Shown: one piece after another, positions 54,009 to 63,222 of the stretch | Position numbering within the stretch: position 1 is the first letter of the stretch | Layout of the letters: every line of letters begins with the position of its first letter | Source of the DNA: Prevotellaceae bacterium | Lineage (GTDB): Bacteria > Bacteroidota > Bacteroidia > Bacteroidales > Bacteroidaceae | Reading direction: 5' to 3' | Length of the DNA stretch: 64,000 nt | Assembly: GCA_021204865.1 (NCBI GenBank) | Contig: JAJPYQ010000046.1 | Coordinates: forward strand, 257-64,256 | Notes under the pieces: generated by a model | What the model was told of the DNA's origin: nothing | Seen by the model: only the letters and a program-made list of their open reading frames with translations | Database searches by the model: none | Made by a program: the position numbers and the translations under genes

Positions 54009-56201
54009 ATGTCAGCATCACTAAGATTTAAGGTTGTGGGCGAGGCATTCACTAAGAAGCCTGTCGATGTGCCTAACTGCACGGAGCGCCCCAGCGAATT
54101 CTTTGCTAAGTACGTGTTCAACCGCCAGAAGATGTTCAAGTATCTCCCGGCAAAGGTCTACAAGAAGATGTGCGATGTCATAGACAACGGCACTACCCTC
54201 GACCTCGAGACCGCCGACCAGGTTGCGGCAGCCATGAAGCAATGGGCTATGGAGCTTGGGGTCACTCACTGCACGCACTGGTTCCAGCCTCTGACCGAAG
54301 GCACTGCCGAGAAGCACGACGGCTTCGTGGAGCACGACTGGAAGGGCGGAATGGTGGAAGAGTTCAGCGGCAAGGAGCTGATACAGCAAGAGCCCGACGC
54401 AAGCTCCTTCCCCAGCGGGGGCATACGCTCCACCTTCGAGGCTCGTGGCTACAGCGCTTGGGACCCCGCAAGCCCCGTCTTCGTCATCGGTGACACGCTG
54501 ATGATACCCACCATCTTCATCTCCTACACTGGCGAGGCGCTCGACTACAAAGCCCCGCTTAAGAAAGCCCTCAACGCCGTTGACAAGGCTGCCACGGCCG
54601 TGGTTCATTACTTCAACCCGGAGGTGAAGAAGGTAGTCTCCAACCTGGGCTGGGAGCAGGAGTACTTCCTCGTTGACGAGGGTCTCTTCGCCGCCCGCCC
54701 CGACCTGCTTATGACGGGGCGCACCCTTATGGGGCACGACAGCGCAAAGAACCAGCAGATGGACGACCACTACTTCGGCTCTATCCCGATGCGTGTCTCC
54801 ATGTTCATGAAAGACCTTGAGATGCAGGCACTGGAGCTTGGCATCCCCTGCAAGACGAGGCACAACGAGGTTGCCCCCAACCAGTTTGAGTTAGCACCCA
54901 TCTTCGAGGAGACCAACCTTGCTGTCGACCACAACATGCTCATCATGGGCTTGATGAAGAACGTGGCACGCAAGCACGGCTTCCGCTGCCTCCTGCACGA
55001 GAAGCCCTTCGCAGGCATCAACGGCAGCGGCAAGCACAACAACTGGAGCCTCAGCACGGACAACGGCATCCTGCTGCACGGTCCTGGCAAGACCCCCACG
55101 GACAACCTCCGCTTCATCACCTTCGTCGTGGAGACCCTCATGGCAGTGTACAAGCACAACGGGCTGCTCAAGGCTTCCATCATCAGTGCCACCAACGCAC
55201 ACCGCCTCGGGGCTAACGAGGCGCCCCCAGCCATCATCAGCTCCTTCCTCGGCAAGCAGCTAAGCGACGTGCTGAAGGCTCTCGAGGACAGCGACGACGA
55301 CAGCCTCTTCAACCTTAGCGGCAAGAAGCAGATGAGCCTCGACATCCCGCAGATACCAGACCTGTTGCTCGACAACACCGACCGCAACCGCACCTCGCCC
55401 TTCGCCTTCACGGGCAACCGCTTCGAGTTCCGCGCCGTGGGCTCGCAGGCTAACTGCGCCGCCGCTATGATAGTGCTGAACACGGCAGTGGCTGAGGCAT
55501 TGACCAGCTTCAAGGAGCGTGTCGACGCTCTCATATCAGGAGGTATGGACAAGGTTAAGGCTATCGTCAAGGTGGTGCGCGAGGACATCAAGGTGTGCAA
55601 GCCCATACACTTCGACGGCAACGGCTACAGCGAGGAGTGGAAGCAGGAGGCCAAGCGACGTGGTCTGGACACGGAGAGCAGCGCACCGCTGATGCTCGAC
55701 CAGTACGTCACGCCTGAGACCATCGAGATGTTCTCCCGCATGGACGTGATGAACGAGTGCGAGCTTAGGGCGCGCAACGAGATAAAGCTGGACACGTACA
55801 CGAAGAAGATACAGATAGAGGCGCGCATCTTCGGCGACCTCTGCCTGAACCACATCATCCCCGTCGCCACGCGCTACCAGAGCCAGCTCATAGAGAACGT
55901 GCACAAGATGAGGGACATCTTCCCCAAGGACAAGGCGGAGAAGCTCTCGGCAATGAACATGGAGCTGATAGAGCAGATATCGGAGCACAGCCTCTTCATC
56001 ACCGAGAACGTGCAGCGGCTCATCGACGCCCGCAAGGTGGCTAACAAGCTGGAGGACGAGAGGGAGAAGGCCATCGCCTATCACGACACCGTGGCGCCGC
56101 TGCTGGAGAGCATCCGCTACCACGTGGACAAGCTGGAGCTGATCGTTGACGACGAGCTTTGGCCGCTGCCGAAGTACCGTGAGATGCTCTTCATCCGTTA
56201 G
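54009..56201 (+). CDS. glnN: glutamine synthetase type III
   Basis: 730 aa. The N-terminus ...PSEFFAKYVFNRQKMFKYLP and the HNEVAPNQFELAPIFE motif are characteristic of GSIII. Confidence 0.95.
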   Translation: MSASLRFKVVGEAFTKKPVDVPNCTERPSEFFAKYVFNRQKMFKYLPAKVYKKMCDVIDNGTTLDLETADQVAAAMKQWAMELGVTHCTHWFQPLTEGTAEKHDGFVEHDWKGGMVEEFSGKELIQQEPDASSFPSGGIRSTFEARGYSAWDPASPVFVIGDTLMIPTIFISYTGEALDYKAPLKKALNAVDKAATAVVHYFNPEVKKVVSNLGWEQEYFLVDEGLFAARPDLLMTGRTLMGHDSAKNQQMDDHYFGSIPMRVSMFMKDLEMQALELGIPCKTRHNEVAPNQFELAPIFEETNLAVDHNMLIMGLMKNVARKHGFRCLLHEKPFAGINGSGKHNNWSLSTDNGILLHGPGKTPTDNLRFITFVVETLMAVYKHNGLLKASIISATNAHRLGANEAPPAIISSFLGKQLSDVLKALEDSDDDSLFNLSGKKQMSLDIPQIPDLLLDNTDRNRTSPFAFTGNRFEFRAVGSQANCAAAMIVLNTAVAEALTSFKERVDALISGGMDKVKAIVKVVREDIKVCKPIHFDGNGYSEEWKQEAKRRGLDTESSAPLMLDQYVTPETIEMFSRMDVMNECELRARNEIKLDTYTKKIQIEARIFGDLCLNHIIPVATRYQSQLIENVHKMRDIFPKDKAEKLSAMNMELIEQISEHSLFITENVQRLIDARKVANKLEDEREKAIAYHDTVAPLLESIRYHVDKLELIVDDELWPLPKYREMLFIR

Positions 56202-56237
56202 AGACCCTTTAAGTTAATACTAAGCGATAGCACTTTT

Positions 56238-56272
56238 GCGGGGCGGGAGACCGGGATGGTCTTCCGCCCCGC
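56238..56272 (+). terminator. strong GC-rich hairpin downstream of the GSIII gene
   Basis: GCGGGGCGGGAGACC-gggat-GGTCTTCCGCCCCGC is a 15-bp stem with one G-U pair, 37 nt after the stop. It is followed by TCTGTTG, a weak T tract. Confidence 0.55.
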
Positions 56273-56289
56273 TCTGTTGAAGGCGCGAC

Positions 56290-56445
56290 CCACTACACCC
56301 TCTTCGCGAAAGGGGTCTACACCCCTGCGGGCAAAGGGGTCTACACCCCTGCGGGCAAAGGGGTCTACACCCCTGCGGGCAAAGGGGTCTACACCCCTGC
56401 GGGCAAAGGGTCTACACCCCCTTCGCGAAGGGTCTCTACAGACCT
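56290..56445. repeat. 24-bp tandem array (family A, inverted orientation relative to 6144-6312)
   Basis: Five clean units start at 56311, 56335, 56359, 56383 and 56407 (AGGGGTCTACACCCCTGCGGGCAA), with degenerate flanking copies. The reverse complement carries GGTGTAGACCCCTTTG. Confidence 0.9.
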
Positions 56446-56528
56446 TTGGTGAAGCCTCATGGTGACACGTTGTGACGACCAACGTAACCCCGAGGGGTCG
56501 TTGCGATAATCCTTAAGTGATGATGTGC

Positions 56529-56977
56529 TTACTCCCCCTCTTGCAGCCTGAGGTAAGAGCAGTACTTCTCCAAGAGGGCTGGCAGGGGGAGGTCGCCTTG
56601 CTCGTACCGCTCTGCGTCGAGCTTGAGCAGGCGCTCATGCACTTGGGTATGACCTTTGTGTAGGGCTTTGAGGAAGATGCCTTGGGGTGTACGCTCTATG
56701 GATATGTCCGTGAAGTCGGCTGTGGGGTTGTGCCAGCCGTCGTAGACGATGGAGTAGGAGGGTCGCTTCGCCCCGGGGCAGTCCACCCTTAGCACGAGCT
56801 TCCGCTCGAGGCTCTGAATGTCCCGCAGGGCAGTGTCAGGCGAGCATTATGCCGGAGAGGATGCGGGCAAGCCTGCCGTTGCCGTCCTCGCTTTCGGTTA
56901 GCCTCCTCCAGCGGCAAGGCGATGTCCTTGTCGTTCCAGCGGAAAGCTGTCCAGTTCTCCCTTTCGTGTATGTGCAT
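56529..56977 (-). pseudogene. decayed Fic-family gene remnant
   Basis: MHIHERENWTAFRWNDKDIALPLEEANRKR resembles the DUF4172-type N-terminus of Fic proteins. Immediately after, in a +1 frame, the sequence reads EDGNGRLARILSGIMLA followed by a stop, which looks like the tail of the HPFxDGNGR Fic motif. About 150 codons remain in total, split over three frames. Confidence 0.5.
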
Positions 56978-57183
56978 AGTCGGTTAACGCCGCGGATAGT
57001 GCGGCGAGATTACGAAGATAATGCCGCATCGCCAAGATATTCTCAAGGAAACCCTTTGCGATAACCCCTAAGGGGCGACTCCTTAGGGGTCGTTGTTGCA
57101 ACCCTTAAGGCGCAGCGGCTGTCCCGAAGGAGCATTAAACGCGGAAAGTGCCGCCTCCCGTGAGGGCGGCGAGCTGTTTTGCA

Positions 57184-57191
57184 TACCTTTG
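57184..57191 (+). promoter_or_regulatory. -7 box TACCTTTG (context GCATACCTTTGG)
   Basis: Exact match 91 nt upstream of the ATG at 57282. The same GCATAYCTTYG context precedes both paralogues. Confidence 0.45.
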
Positions 57192-57281
57192 GGGAGCAGC
57201 CGAGCGACGGGGCGAGCGCCCCCGAGCCTCCCTGCAAGCTATTTGTCTTATTAAACCATCTATCCTAAACAATCAACCCTT

Positions 57282-59051
57282 ATGAGAAAGAAGCACTTCC
57301 TTGTCAGTGCCTTGGCGCTGACCTTGGCGCTCTCCCTTACGCACGCCCCCCTCAGGGCGCAGGAAGGGCAGGGCGACACCGAGACCCTGAGCAGCGCGAC
57401 CCTCGACCTCTACCACTCCCTCGGAGAGGCATTCAGGAGCATCGGAGGCACGCACCCCCAGCCGGGAGAGACCGCGCCCTTCTACCGCTGGGAGAGCGAC
57501 ACGCACCCCGTCGTCAGCGTGCAGGACGTGGACTACTCCACAAGCAACAACCTCTCCTACGACGCTGAGGGGCACCTGCGCCTCCACGCCGCCTACGAAG
57601 AGTTCGCCTACTACATCGAGGCGCCCGACGGCTACTACATCTCACGCCTCACCTTCACAGCCTCCCTCGACGAGGGGCTCACGGCCGTCTTCGCCGAGAA
57701 CGAGGCGTACACCTTCTCCTCCAGCGTCACTGAGGAGCAGACCCTCGAGGTAGACCAGCAGAAGGTGAGGGTGCAGCTCGTGGGCAACGGGCACGACCTC
57801 ACACTCACGAGCCTCGAGGCTACGCTGGTGAAGGGCAACGCCCCCGGCACGACCTACGCCGAGGGCATAGAGGGCAAGGTGGTAAGCTCCGTAGCCACAG
57901 AGCCTACCACCATCCTCGGCATCACCGAGGGCGACTGGTACCTGATGTACAACAACCGAGGCGGCTCCACCCCGCTCTACGACACGGGCACGGAGATACA
58001 CCGAGCCACGACAGCCGACGCTCACCCCGTCAGCGAGGGCTCTAAGGCTACGGCCGTGGCGCAGTACCTCGTGCGCTTCCTGCTCACCGACAAGACGAGC
58101 CAGGACCAGAACGTGGCGCAGAACGACACGTGCAACAAGGTGTACAACCTCCAGTTCGCCACCGCCAACTACTGGGCAGGGCACACGACAGCGGGCAAGA
58201 GCGTCATAGCCACGACCCCGTCGGAGGAGGAGAAGGGCGACTACAACGTATACATCGACGCCGGCGACGACCCTTGGGTGTACCTCAACTTCTACGACAT
58301 GGGCTCGAAGGTGGACAACAACGGAGCCGGCAAGGAAGTAGCCATCTGGCAGTCGGGCTACCACTCCGCCGAAGCCGAGAACGAGGAGTGGACGCTCTAC
58401 CGCGTTGAGCTTGCCGACGAGGACCTCGCTGAGGACAACACCCTCAGCCTCAGCTGGACAATGACCACGGCGGGCTGGGCTACGCTCATCCTGCCCTTCG
58501 ACGCTGACCTGCCCGAGGGCATGGAGGCGTTCACCTGCCAGAGCCTCAGCGGCTCGACACTCGAGCTCACCCCAGCCCCCTCACTCGCCAAGAACACACC
58601 ATATATTATAAGGTACGCCGGCGAGACGCTCCCCCTGGAGGACATCATCTGCCCCTTCGAAGGCACGCCCGACCCCTTCTACTACACCCAGCAGCGGGAG
58701 GGCTACCTCACGGGCACGCTCAAGGACATCTACGTGCCGCGCTGGGACACGACGGTCTCCGACTACGTCCTTCAGCAGCCCGAGGGAAGCGCGGCCGCCT
58801 TCTTCCTCGTCGCCTCGGACGAGATACCCCTCACCGCCAACCACTGCTACCTCTCCCTCCCCTCCGCCTCCGAGGCTAAGCAGACGATAAGCCTGCCCAC
58901 CCAAGACGGCGGCTGCGAGACCTCCCTCACAGCCCTCCCCGCCGCAGAGCAGTCCCGAGGAGCGGCCTACTACGACCTCACGGGGCGCAAGGTATCTACG
59001 CCACGCAAGGGCATCTACATACGGCAAGGCAGGAAGCAGGTATTCAAGTAA
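57282..59051 (+). CDS. modular T9SS-sorted surface protein, one internal module (paralogue 1)
   Basis: Signal peptide MRKKHFLVSALALTLALSLTHAPLRAQE, a shared N-terminal domain (GYYISRLTFTAS), one module of about 190 aa (WYLM...LVRFLL...YNLQFATANYW...NVYID...NFYDMG...EEWTLYRVEL), then WATLILPFDADLPEGM...TPYIIRY...CYLSLP, and the CTD tail YYDLTGRKVSTPRKGIYIRQGRKQVFK. Confidence 0.7.
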   Translation: MRKKHFLVSALALTLALSLTHAPLRAQEGQGDTETLSSATLDLYHSLGEAFRSIGGTHPQPGETAPFYRWESDTHPVVSVQDVDYSTSNNLSYDAEGHLRLHAAYEEFAYYIEAPDGYYISRLTFTASLDEGLTAVFAENEAYTFSSSVTEEQTLEVDQQKVRVQLVGNGHDLTLTSLEATLVKGNAPGTTYAEGIEGKVVSSVATEPTTILGITEGDWYLMYNNRGGSTPLYDTGTEIHRATTADAHPVSEGSKATAVAQYLVRFLLTDKTSQDQNVAQNDTCNKVYNLQFATANYWAGHTTAGKSVIATTPSEEEKGDYNVYIDAGDDPWVYLNFYDMGSKVDNNGAGKEVAIWQSGYHSAEAENEEWTLYRVELADEDLAEDNTLSLSWTMTTAGWATLILPFDADLPEGMEAFTCQSLSGSTLELTPAPSLAKNTPYIIRYAGETLPLEDIICPFEGTPDPFYYTQQREGYLTGTLKDIYVPRWDTTVSDYVLQQPEGSAAAFFLVASDEIPLTANHCYLSLPSASEAKQTISLPTQDGGCETSLTALPAAEQSRGAAYYDLTGRKVSTPRKGIYIRQGRKQVFK

Positions 59052-59078
59052 CAACATATAAATATAAGGAGTAACGAC

Positions 59079-59237
59079 ATGGACAAGTACACGAAGCCCT
59101 CTCTGGAGGTGCTGCGCACAGAGACGCAGCAGATGCTCGCCCTCTCGACGGCCAGCGACACGGCCAGCCCCACGCTCCCCTCGCTCGACAAAGGGGACAA
59201 GGGATGGGCCGACGGTGCCGCCGTCTGGGGAGACTAA
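59079..59237 (+). CDS. unannotated 52-codon ORF, paralogue of 62741-62911
   Basis: Own translation: MDKYTKPSLEVLRTETQQMLALSTASDTASPTLPSLDKGDKGWADGAAVWGD. It starts 27 nt after the upstream stop, and the terminator hairpin comes only after it. It is below the length of the shortest ORFs listed in the track. Confidence 0.45.
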   Translation: MDKYTKPSLEVLRTETQQMLALSTASDTASPTLPSLDKGDKGWADGAAVWGD

Positions 59238-59256
59238 GGCAGAGCCCCACAGGCCG

Positions 59257-59295
59257 GACCCCGAGGGAGCTACACGCCGTGGCGCCTTCGGGGTC
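59257..59295 (+). terminator. hairpin plus T-rich tract after the small ORF
   Basis: GACCCCGA (59257-59264) pairs with TCGGGGTC (59288-59295), followed by TTCTTCG. Confidence 0.45.
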
Positions 59296-59332
59296 TTCTT
59301 CGTAACGACTTCCCCGAAGGCTCCGCAGTCCC

Positions 59333-59493
59333 TCCGTCGGACCGTCCGCGGTCTCTCCGTCGGACCGTCCGCGGTCCCTCCGTCGGACCGTCTGCGGTCC
59401 CTCCGTCGGACCGTCCGCAATCCCTCCGTCGGACCGTCCGCGGTCCCTCCATTGGACAAGTCGCGGTCCCTCCATTGGACAAGTCGCGAAGCC
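59333..59493. repeat. 23-bp tandem array, 7 units (family B)
   Basis: Unit starts at 59333, 59356, 59379, 59402, 59425, 59448 and 59471. Five units are TCCGTCGGACCGTCCGCGGTCCC and two are variant units TCCATTGGACAAGTCGCGGTCCC. Confidence 0.9.
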
Positions 59494-59587
59494 TTCAATA
59501 GAGGCGTTTCGGAGCCTTCGACGAACTTTTTGTGGCCCTCTCGGTGATAAAAGCGGGGATTTGTTAGGCGTGGACAACATTAATGCA

Positions 59588-59595
59588 TACCTTTG
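59588..59595 (+). promoter_or_regulatory. -7 box TACCTTTG (context GCATACCTTTGC)
   Basis: Exact match 65 nt upstream of the ATG at 59660. Confidence 0.45.
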
Positions 59596-59659
59596 CCACA
59601 CGGAACGCCTCAGGGCGACGAAAAACTATCTATTACTCTAACACTAACCTAAAACCCTT

Positions 59660-62600
59660 ATGAAACGAGATTCTTATCTACTCCGCGCCCTCCTTCTGGC
59701 TCTGCCTTTATCGTTGGGCGTGACCTCGGCTTGGGCCGAGGAAGGAGACGAGGAGGGGACGACGACCGTCTCCATCACTGACTTCAGCCAAGGCACAGCC
59801 ACGAGGAGCGACAACTCCAACCCTGAGCCAGGAGGCAACGCCTTCATCACGTGGGTGAGCACCGCCACCCCGGCCCTCACCGTCCAAGACGCCGGCTCCA
59901 CCACTAACAACATCGAGTTCTCTTCTAATGGAGACGACACTTACGCCCTTAAGCTCTCGGAGGGCAGCAGCACTTCCTTCGGCTACACCATCTCAATAGC
60001 CGACGGCTACTACATCACCAGCCTGACCATCGGGGGCAGCATCTCAGCCACGGGACTGAAGGTGACCGTGGACTACGACAACGAGCTCTCCGTGGAGGAG
60101 GCTAACGGCACAGTGAGCAAGACCATCGAGAACGTCAACAAGCCCCTCGTCCGCCTACACCTCGACGGCGACGCAGGCAGCGAGACGTTCACCATCACGT
60201 CCCTCTCCATCACCTACGCCGAGGGCATACCCGACCCTGTTGACCTCACGGGACTGAAGGTAAAGGCAGTGTCCTCCGACGTAGCCTCAAGCATAGAGGA
60301 AGGCAAGTGGTACGTCCTCGCCTCGGCAGGCTCTAAGGCGGCGAACAACGTGGCTTACGAGGACGAGGGCTACATCTCGCTGGACACCGACGTGACCATC
60401 AGCGACCACGTCTACCAAGGGCAGACGGCAGAGGACGCGGCCAAGTACCTCCTGCGCTTCATCCCCTCCTCCAAGCAGTCGGCAGGCTCAGACGGCAACG
60501 AGACCCCCGTCTATCACCCGCAGTGGGCAACGGGCAACTACTGGAACGACATGAAGGACAACGGCTCGACCAGCGACTCAAGCGGCGACATCACCGTCTC
60601 CACCACAAGCATAGGGGAGTGGAACGTCTATCAAGCCAACGGGTACACATACTACGGCTTTAACGTCTACGACCTCGGCAACAGCGTCAACATCTCAGAC
60701 GAGAGCACAAAGCGCCTTAAGCAGTGGTCGAACACGGGCTATGTGCAGGACGGCAACACCAACGACCACTGGAACATATACGAGGTGACGCTCGCCGAAG
60801 ACGTTGACGAGGAGGAAGGCGAGGACGACACAGTAGACCTCGACGGGCTCTACGTGACCGAGGTGGCTACCGACGTTGCCGAGAGCGTGGAGGCAGACAA
60901 GTGGTACGTGCTCTCCAGCGCAAGCACCAACGACTGCGGCGGCAAGTTCGTCTACTACGATGCCGAAGCCTCTGACGACGACCATAGCACGCCCTTCACC
61001 GAAGGCACGACCCTAAGCGACTATGTCTCTAAGGGCAAGGCTGCCGAGGACGTGGCTAACTACCTCATCCGCTTCATCTCCTCGGATAAGACCTCTAACG
61101 GTTACACTGACGACGACGGGGAGACGCACGAAACCCCGGTGTACAACGTGCAGTTCGCCACTGGCGGCTACTGGTCTGACGCTTCGGGAAGCGACAGCGA
61201 GAAGATACTCGTCTCAACCACAAGCAAAGGCGACTATAATGTCTACAAGGTCTCTGGGCAGACGTACTTCGGCATGAACGTCTATGACTTGGGGCACACA
61301 GTGAACGTTGTAAGCACGACTTACGCCTTGAAGACGAACAGCGCCAACACTGGCTATGTGACCAGCGACCATCCTAACGACCACTGGAACCTCTACGAGG
61401 TGACGCTCGGAACGTCGAACGAGGAGGGCGATGACAACAATAGTGACGAGGAGGGGAACAAAGAGGAGGAAGAGGAAGACATAGACGGGACGTTAGACAT
61501 TGACGGGCTGTATGTCACTGAGGTGGCTGACGAGCCCACGACAGAGATAAGCGAGGACACTTGGTATCTGCTTATACACGATGGAGGCTTCCAAGACGAG
61601 CTTGCATACGACACCCAAGACGGCAACATCAAGGCGGTGCACTACACAGATACTGATGACGATAGTAAGAGCTTGAGCGACTATGTCTACGTTGGTCAGG
61701 AGGTAGAGAAGGCTGCGCCTTACCTTATGCGCTACATTGCCTCTTCCGCAACGGTTCAGGACGAGACTGCCCCAGTGTACTACATACAGTGGGCAACGGA
61801 CAACTGGTGGGCTGATATGACGAGCAGCTCTCAAAGCTCTAACATCACCACGAGCGACTACGACGGCAAGGGCAGGTACAACGCCTACGCCCTTGGCGGG
61901 GAGACGCAGTTGATAGGAATGAACGTCTATGACCTTGGGCTTACCGTTAACCTCTCCGCCGTGAACGGCAACCTTATCCTTAACAACTCGGGCAAGATAC
62001 CTTCCGACAGTCAGGCTAACGACCACTGGTACCTCTACGAGGTTAAGCTCGGAGCCTTGAGTGAAGAGACGGAAGTGACGTGGAAGATGACCACCGCACA
62101 GTGGGGCACGCTGATACTGCCCTTCGCCGCGGACGTTCCCGACGACCTTGCCGTCTACACTGTCGAAGGCATCAGCGACGAGGACGAGCTTAGCCTGACC
62201 GCCGCAGAGAGCATAGCCAGCTGCACGCCGTACGTCGTGGAGTACAAGGGCGAGGAAGGGATTGAGGAAGCCAAGGAGTACACCTTCAAGGGCAAGCGTG
62301 AGAACGAGCAGGACACCTACACCGCCACCGCCTCCGACGGCACAAGCCTCACGGGCACACTCTCCGATATGACTATGCCCGAAAGCACGGACGAGACGAG
62401 CTACTACCTCTTGCAAGAGCAGGACACGACGGTAGCCTTCTACATCGTGCAGGACGAAGGCAGAACCCTCAGCGCCTACCACTGCTACCTGAGCCTGCCC
62501 GTCAGCACCACCGTCACCGACGAAGGCAGCGTGGAGACCGACGTCAAGCTGCTCGTCAGCCTGCCCTCTTCCCAGCAGGGAGGCGTGGAGACAGCCGTCA

Positions 62601-62719
62601 GCGCCGTCCGTCAGGGCGAGGCTTCCGCCCAGACAGTCTACGACCTCTCGGGCAGGCAGGTGAGCCAGCCACGGAAGGGCATATACGTCAAGGGAGGAAG
62701 GAAAGTGATAATCAAGTAA
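59660..62719 (+). CDS. modular T9SS-sorted surface protein, three internal modules of about 200 aa (paralogue 2)
   Basis: Signal peptide ...GVTSAWAEE. The N-terminal domain is shared with the paralogues. Three repeats each contain WYVL/WYLL, YL(L/I/M)R(F/Y)I, PVY..QWATGNYW-like, NVY, NVYDLG and NDHW.(I/L)YEV motifs, separated by acidic linkers. Then WGTLILPFAADVP...TPYVVEY...CYLSLP and the CTD tail VYDLSGRQVSQPRKGIYVKGGRKVIIK. Confidence 0.7.
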   Translation: MKRDSYLLRALLLALPLSLGVTSAWAEEGDEEGTTTVSITDFSQGTATRSDNSNPEPGGNAFITWVSTATPALTVQDAGSTTNNIEFSSNGDDTYALKLSEGSSTSFGYTISIADGYYITSLTIGGSISATGLKVTVDYDNELSVEEANGTVSKTIENVNKPLVRLHLDGDAGSETFTITSLSITYAEGIPDPVDLTGLKVKAVSSDVASSIEEGKWYVLASAGSKAANNVAYEDEGYISLDTDVTISDHVYQGQTAEDAAKYLLRFIPSSKQSAGSDGNETPVYHPQWATGNYWNDMKDNGSTSDSSGDITVSTTSIGEWNVYQANGYTYYGFNVYDLGNSVNISDESTKRLKQWSNTGYVQDGNTNDHWNIYEVTLAEDVDEEEGEDDTVDLDGLYVTEVATDVAESVEADKWYVLSSASTNDCGGKFVYYDAEASDDDHSTPFTEGTTLSDYVSKGKAAEDVANYLIRFISSDKTSNGYTDDDGETHETPVYNVQFATGGYWSDASGSDSEKILVSTTSKGDYNVYKVSGQTYFGMNVYDLGHTVNVVSTTYALKTNSANTGYVTSDHPNDHWNLYEVTLGTSNEEGDDNNSDEEGNKEEEEEDIDGTLDIDGLYVTEVADEPTTEISEDTWYLLIHDGGFQDELAYDTQDGNIKAVHYTDTDDDSKSLSDYVYVGQEVEKAAPYLMRYIASSATVQDETAPVYYIQWATDNWWADMTSSSQSSNITTSDYDGKGRYNAYALGGETQLIGMNVYDLGLTVNLSAVNGNLILNNSGKIPSDSQANDHWYLYEVKLGALSEETEVTWKMTTAQWGTLILPFAADVPDDLAVYTVEGISDEDELSLTAAESIASCTPYVVEYKGEEGIEEAKEYTFKGKRENEQDTYTATASDGTSLTGTLSDMTMPESTDETSYYLLQEQDTTVAFYIVQDEGRTLSAYHCYLSLPVSTTVTDEGSVETDVKLLVSLPSSQQGGVETAVSAVRQGEASAQTVYDLSGRQVSQPRKGIYVKGGRKVIIK

Positions 62720-62740
62720 CCACTCTAACACAACGGCGCA

Positions 62741-62911
62741 ATGAGAAAGTACATCAAGCCCTCAACCGAGGCGACAAGCACGGAGACGGAGCGTATGACA
62801 GCCCTCTCCGCCATCAGCTCAGGCTCGGCCCTTCACTACCAGGACAACCCCGACGGCGACGGGCTGGTGAGGGGAAGCCTCTGGGACAGCCTGGACGGCT
62901 TCTGGGACTAA
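62741..62911 (+). CDS. unannotated 56-codon ORF, paralogue of 59079-59237
   Basis: Own translation: MRKYIKPSTEATSTETERMTALSAISSGSALHYQDNPDGDGLVRGSLWDSLDGFWD. It starts 21 nt after the upstream stop and is followed by a terminator. Confidence 0.45.
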   Translation: MRKYIKPSTEATSTETERMTALSAISSGSALHYQDNPDGDGLVRGSLWDSLDGFWD

Positions 62912-62938
62912 GAGACTGAAAGGACACTGAAGCAGAGC

Positions 62939-62977
62939 GCCTGCCGCTTCGCCCACCCGTGGGGCTTGGCGGCAGGC
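62939..62977 (+). terminator. rho-independent terminator after the small ORF
   Basis: GCCTGCCGC (62939-62947) pairs with GCGGCAGGC (62969-62977), followed by TTCTTTATG. Confidence 0.6.
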
Positions 62978-63109
62978 TTCTTTATGCCCTTGCCCCTACG
63001 CTTCGCGGTCCCTACGCTTAGGCGCGGGGTTTGGCAGGTAAGCGTGGCGACAAGGGGCGGCTAAGTGAGGAAGTTGGCCGTCGGTTTGGCGCTTGTGGGG
63101 CGAAAGGCA

Positions 63110-63117
63110 TATCTTCG
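63110..63117 (+). promoter_or_regulatory. near-consensus -7 box TATCTTCG (context GCATATCTTCGC)
   Basis: One mismatch to TAnnTTTG. It shares the flanking context of the boxes at 57184 and 59588 and lies 105 nt upstream of the ATG at 63223. Confidence 0.3.
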
Positions 63118-63222
63118 CGGGCGTAAGGAACTATCGTAGACAGGCTTTTAAGGTAAGAAGGAAGTCCTGCTCAGGCAGGCAGCATAATCATTTCACTAAC
63201 CCTATCATTAAACCAAAGTCCT

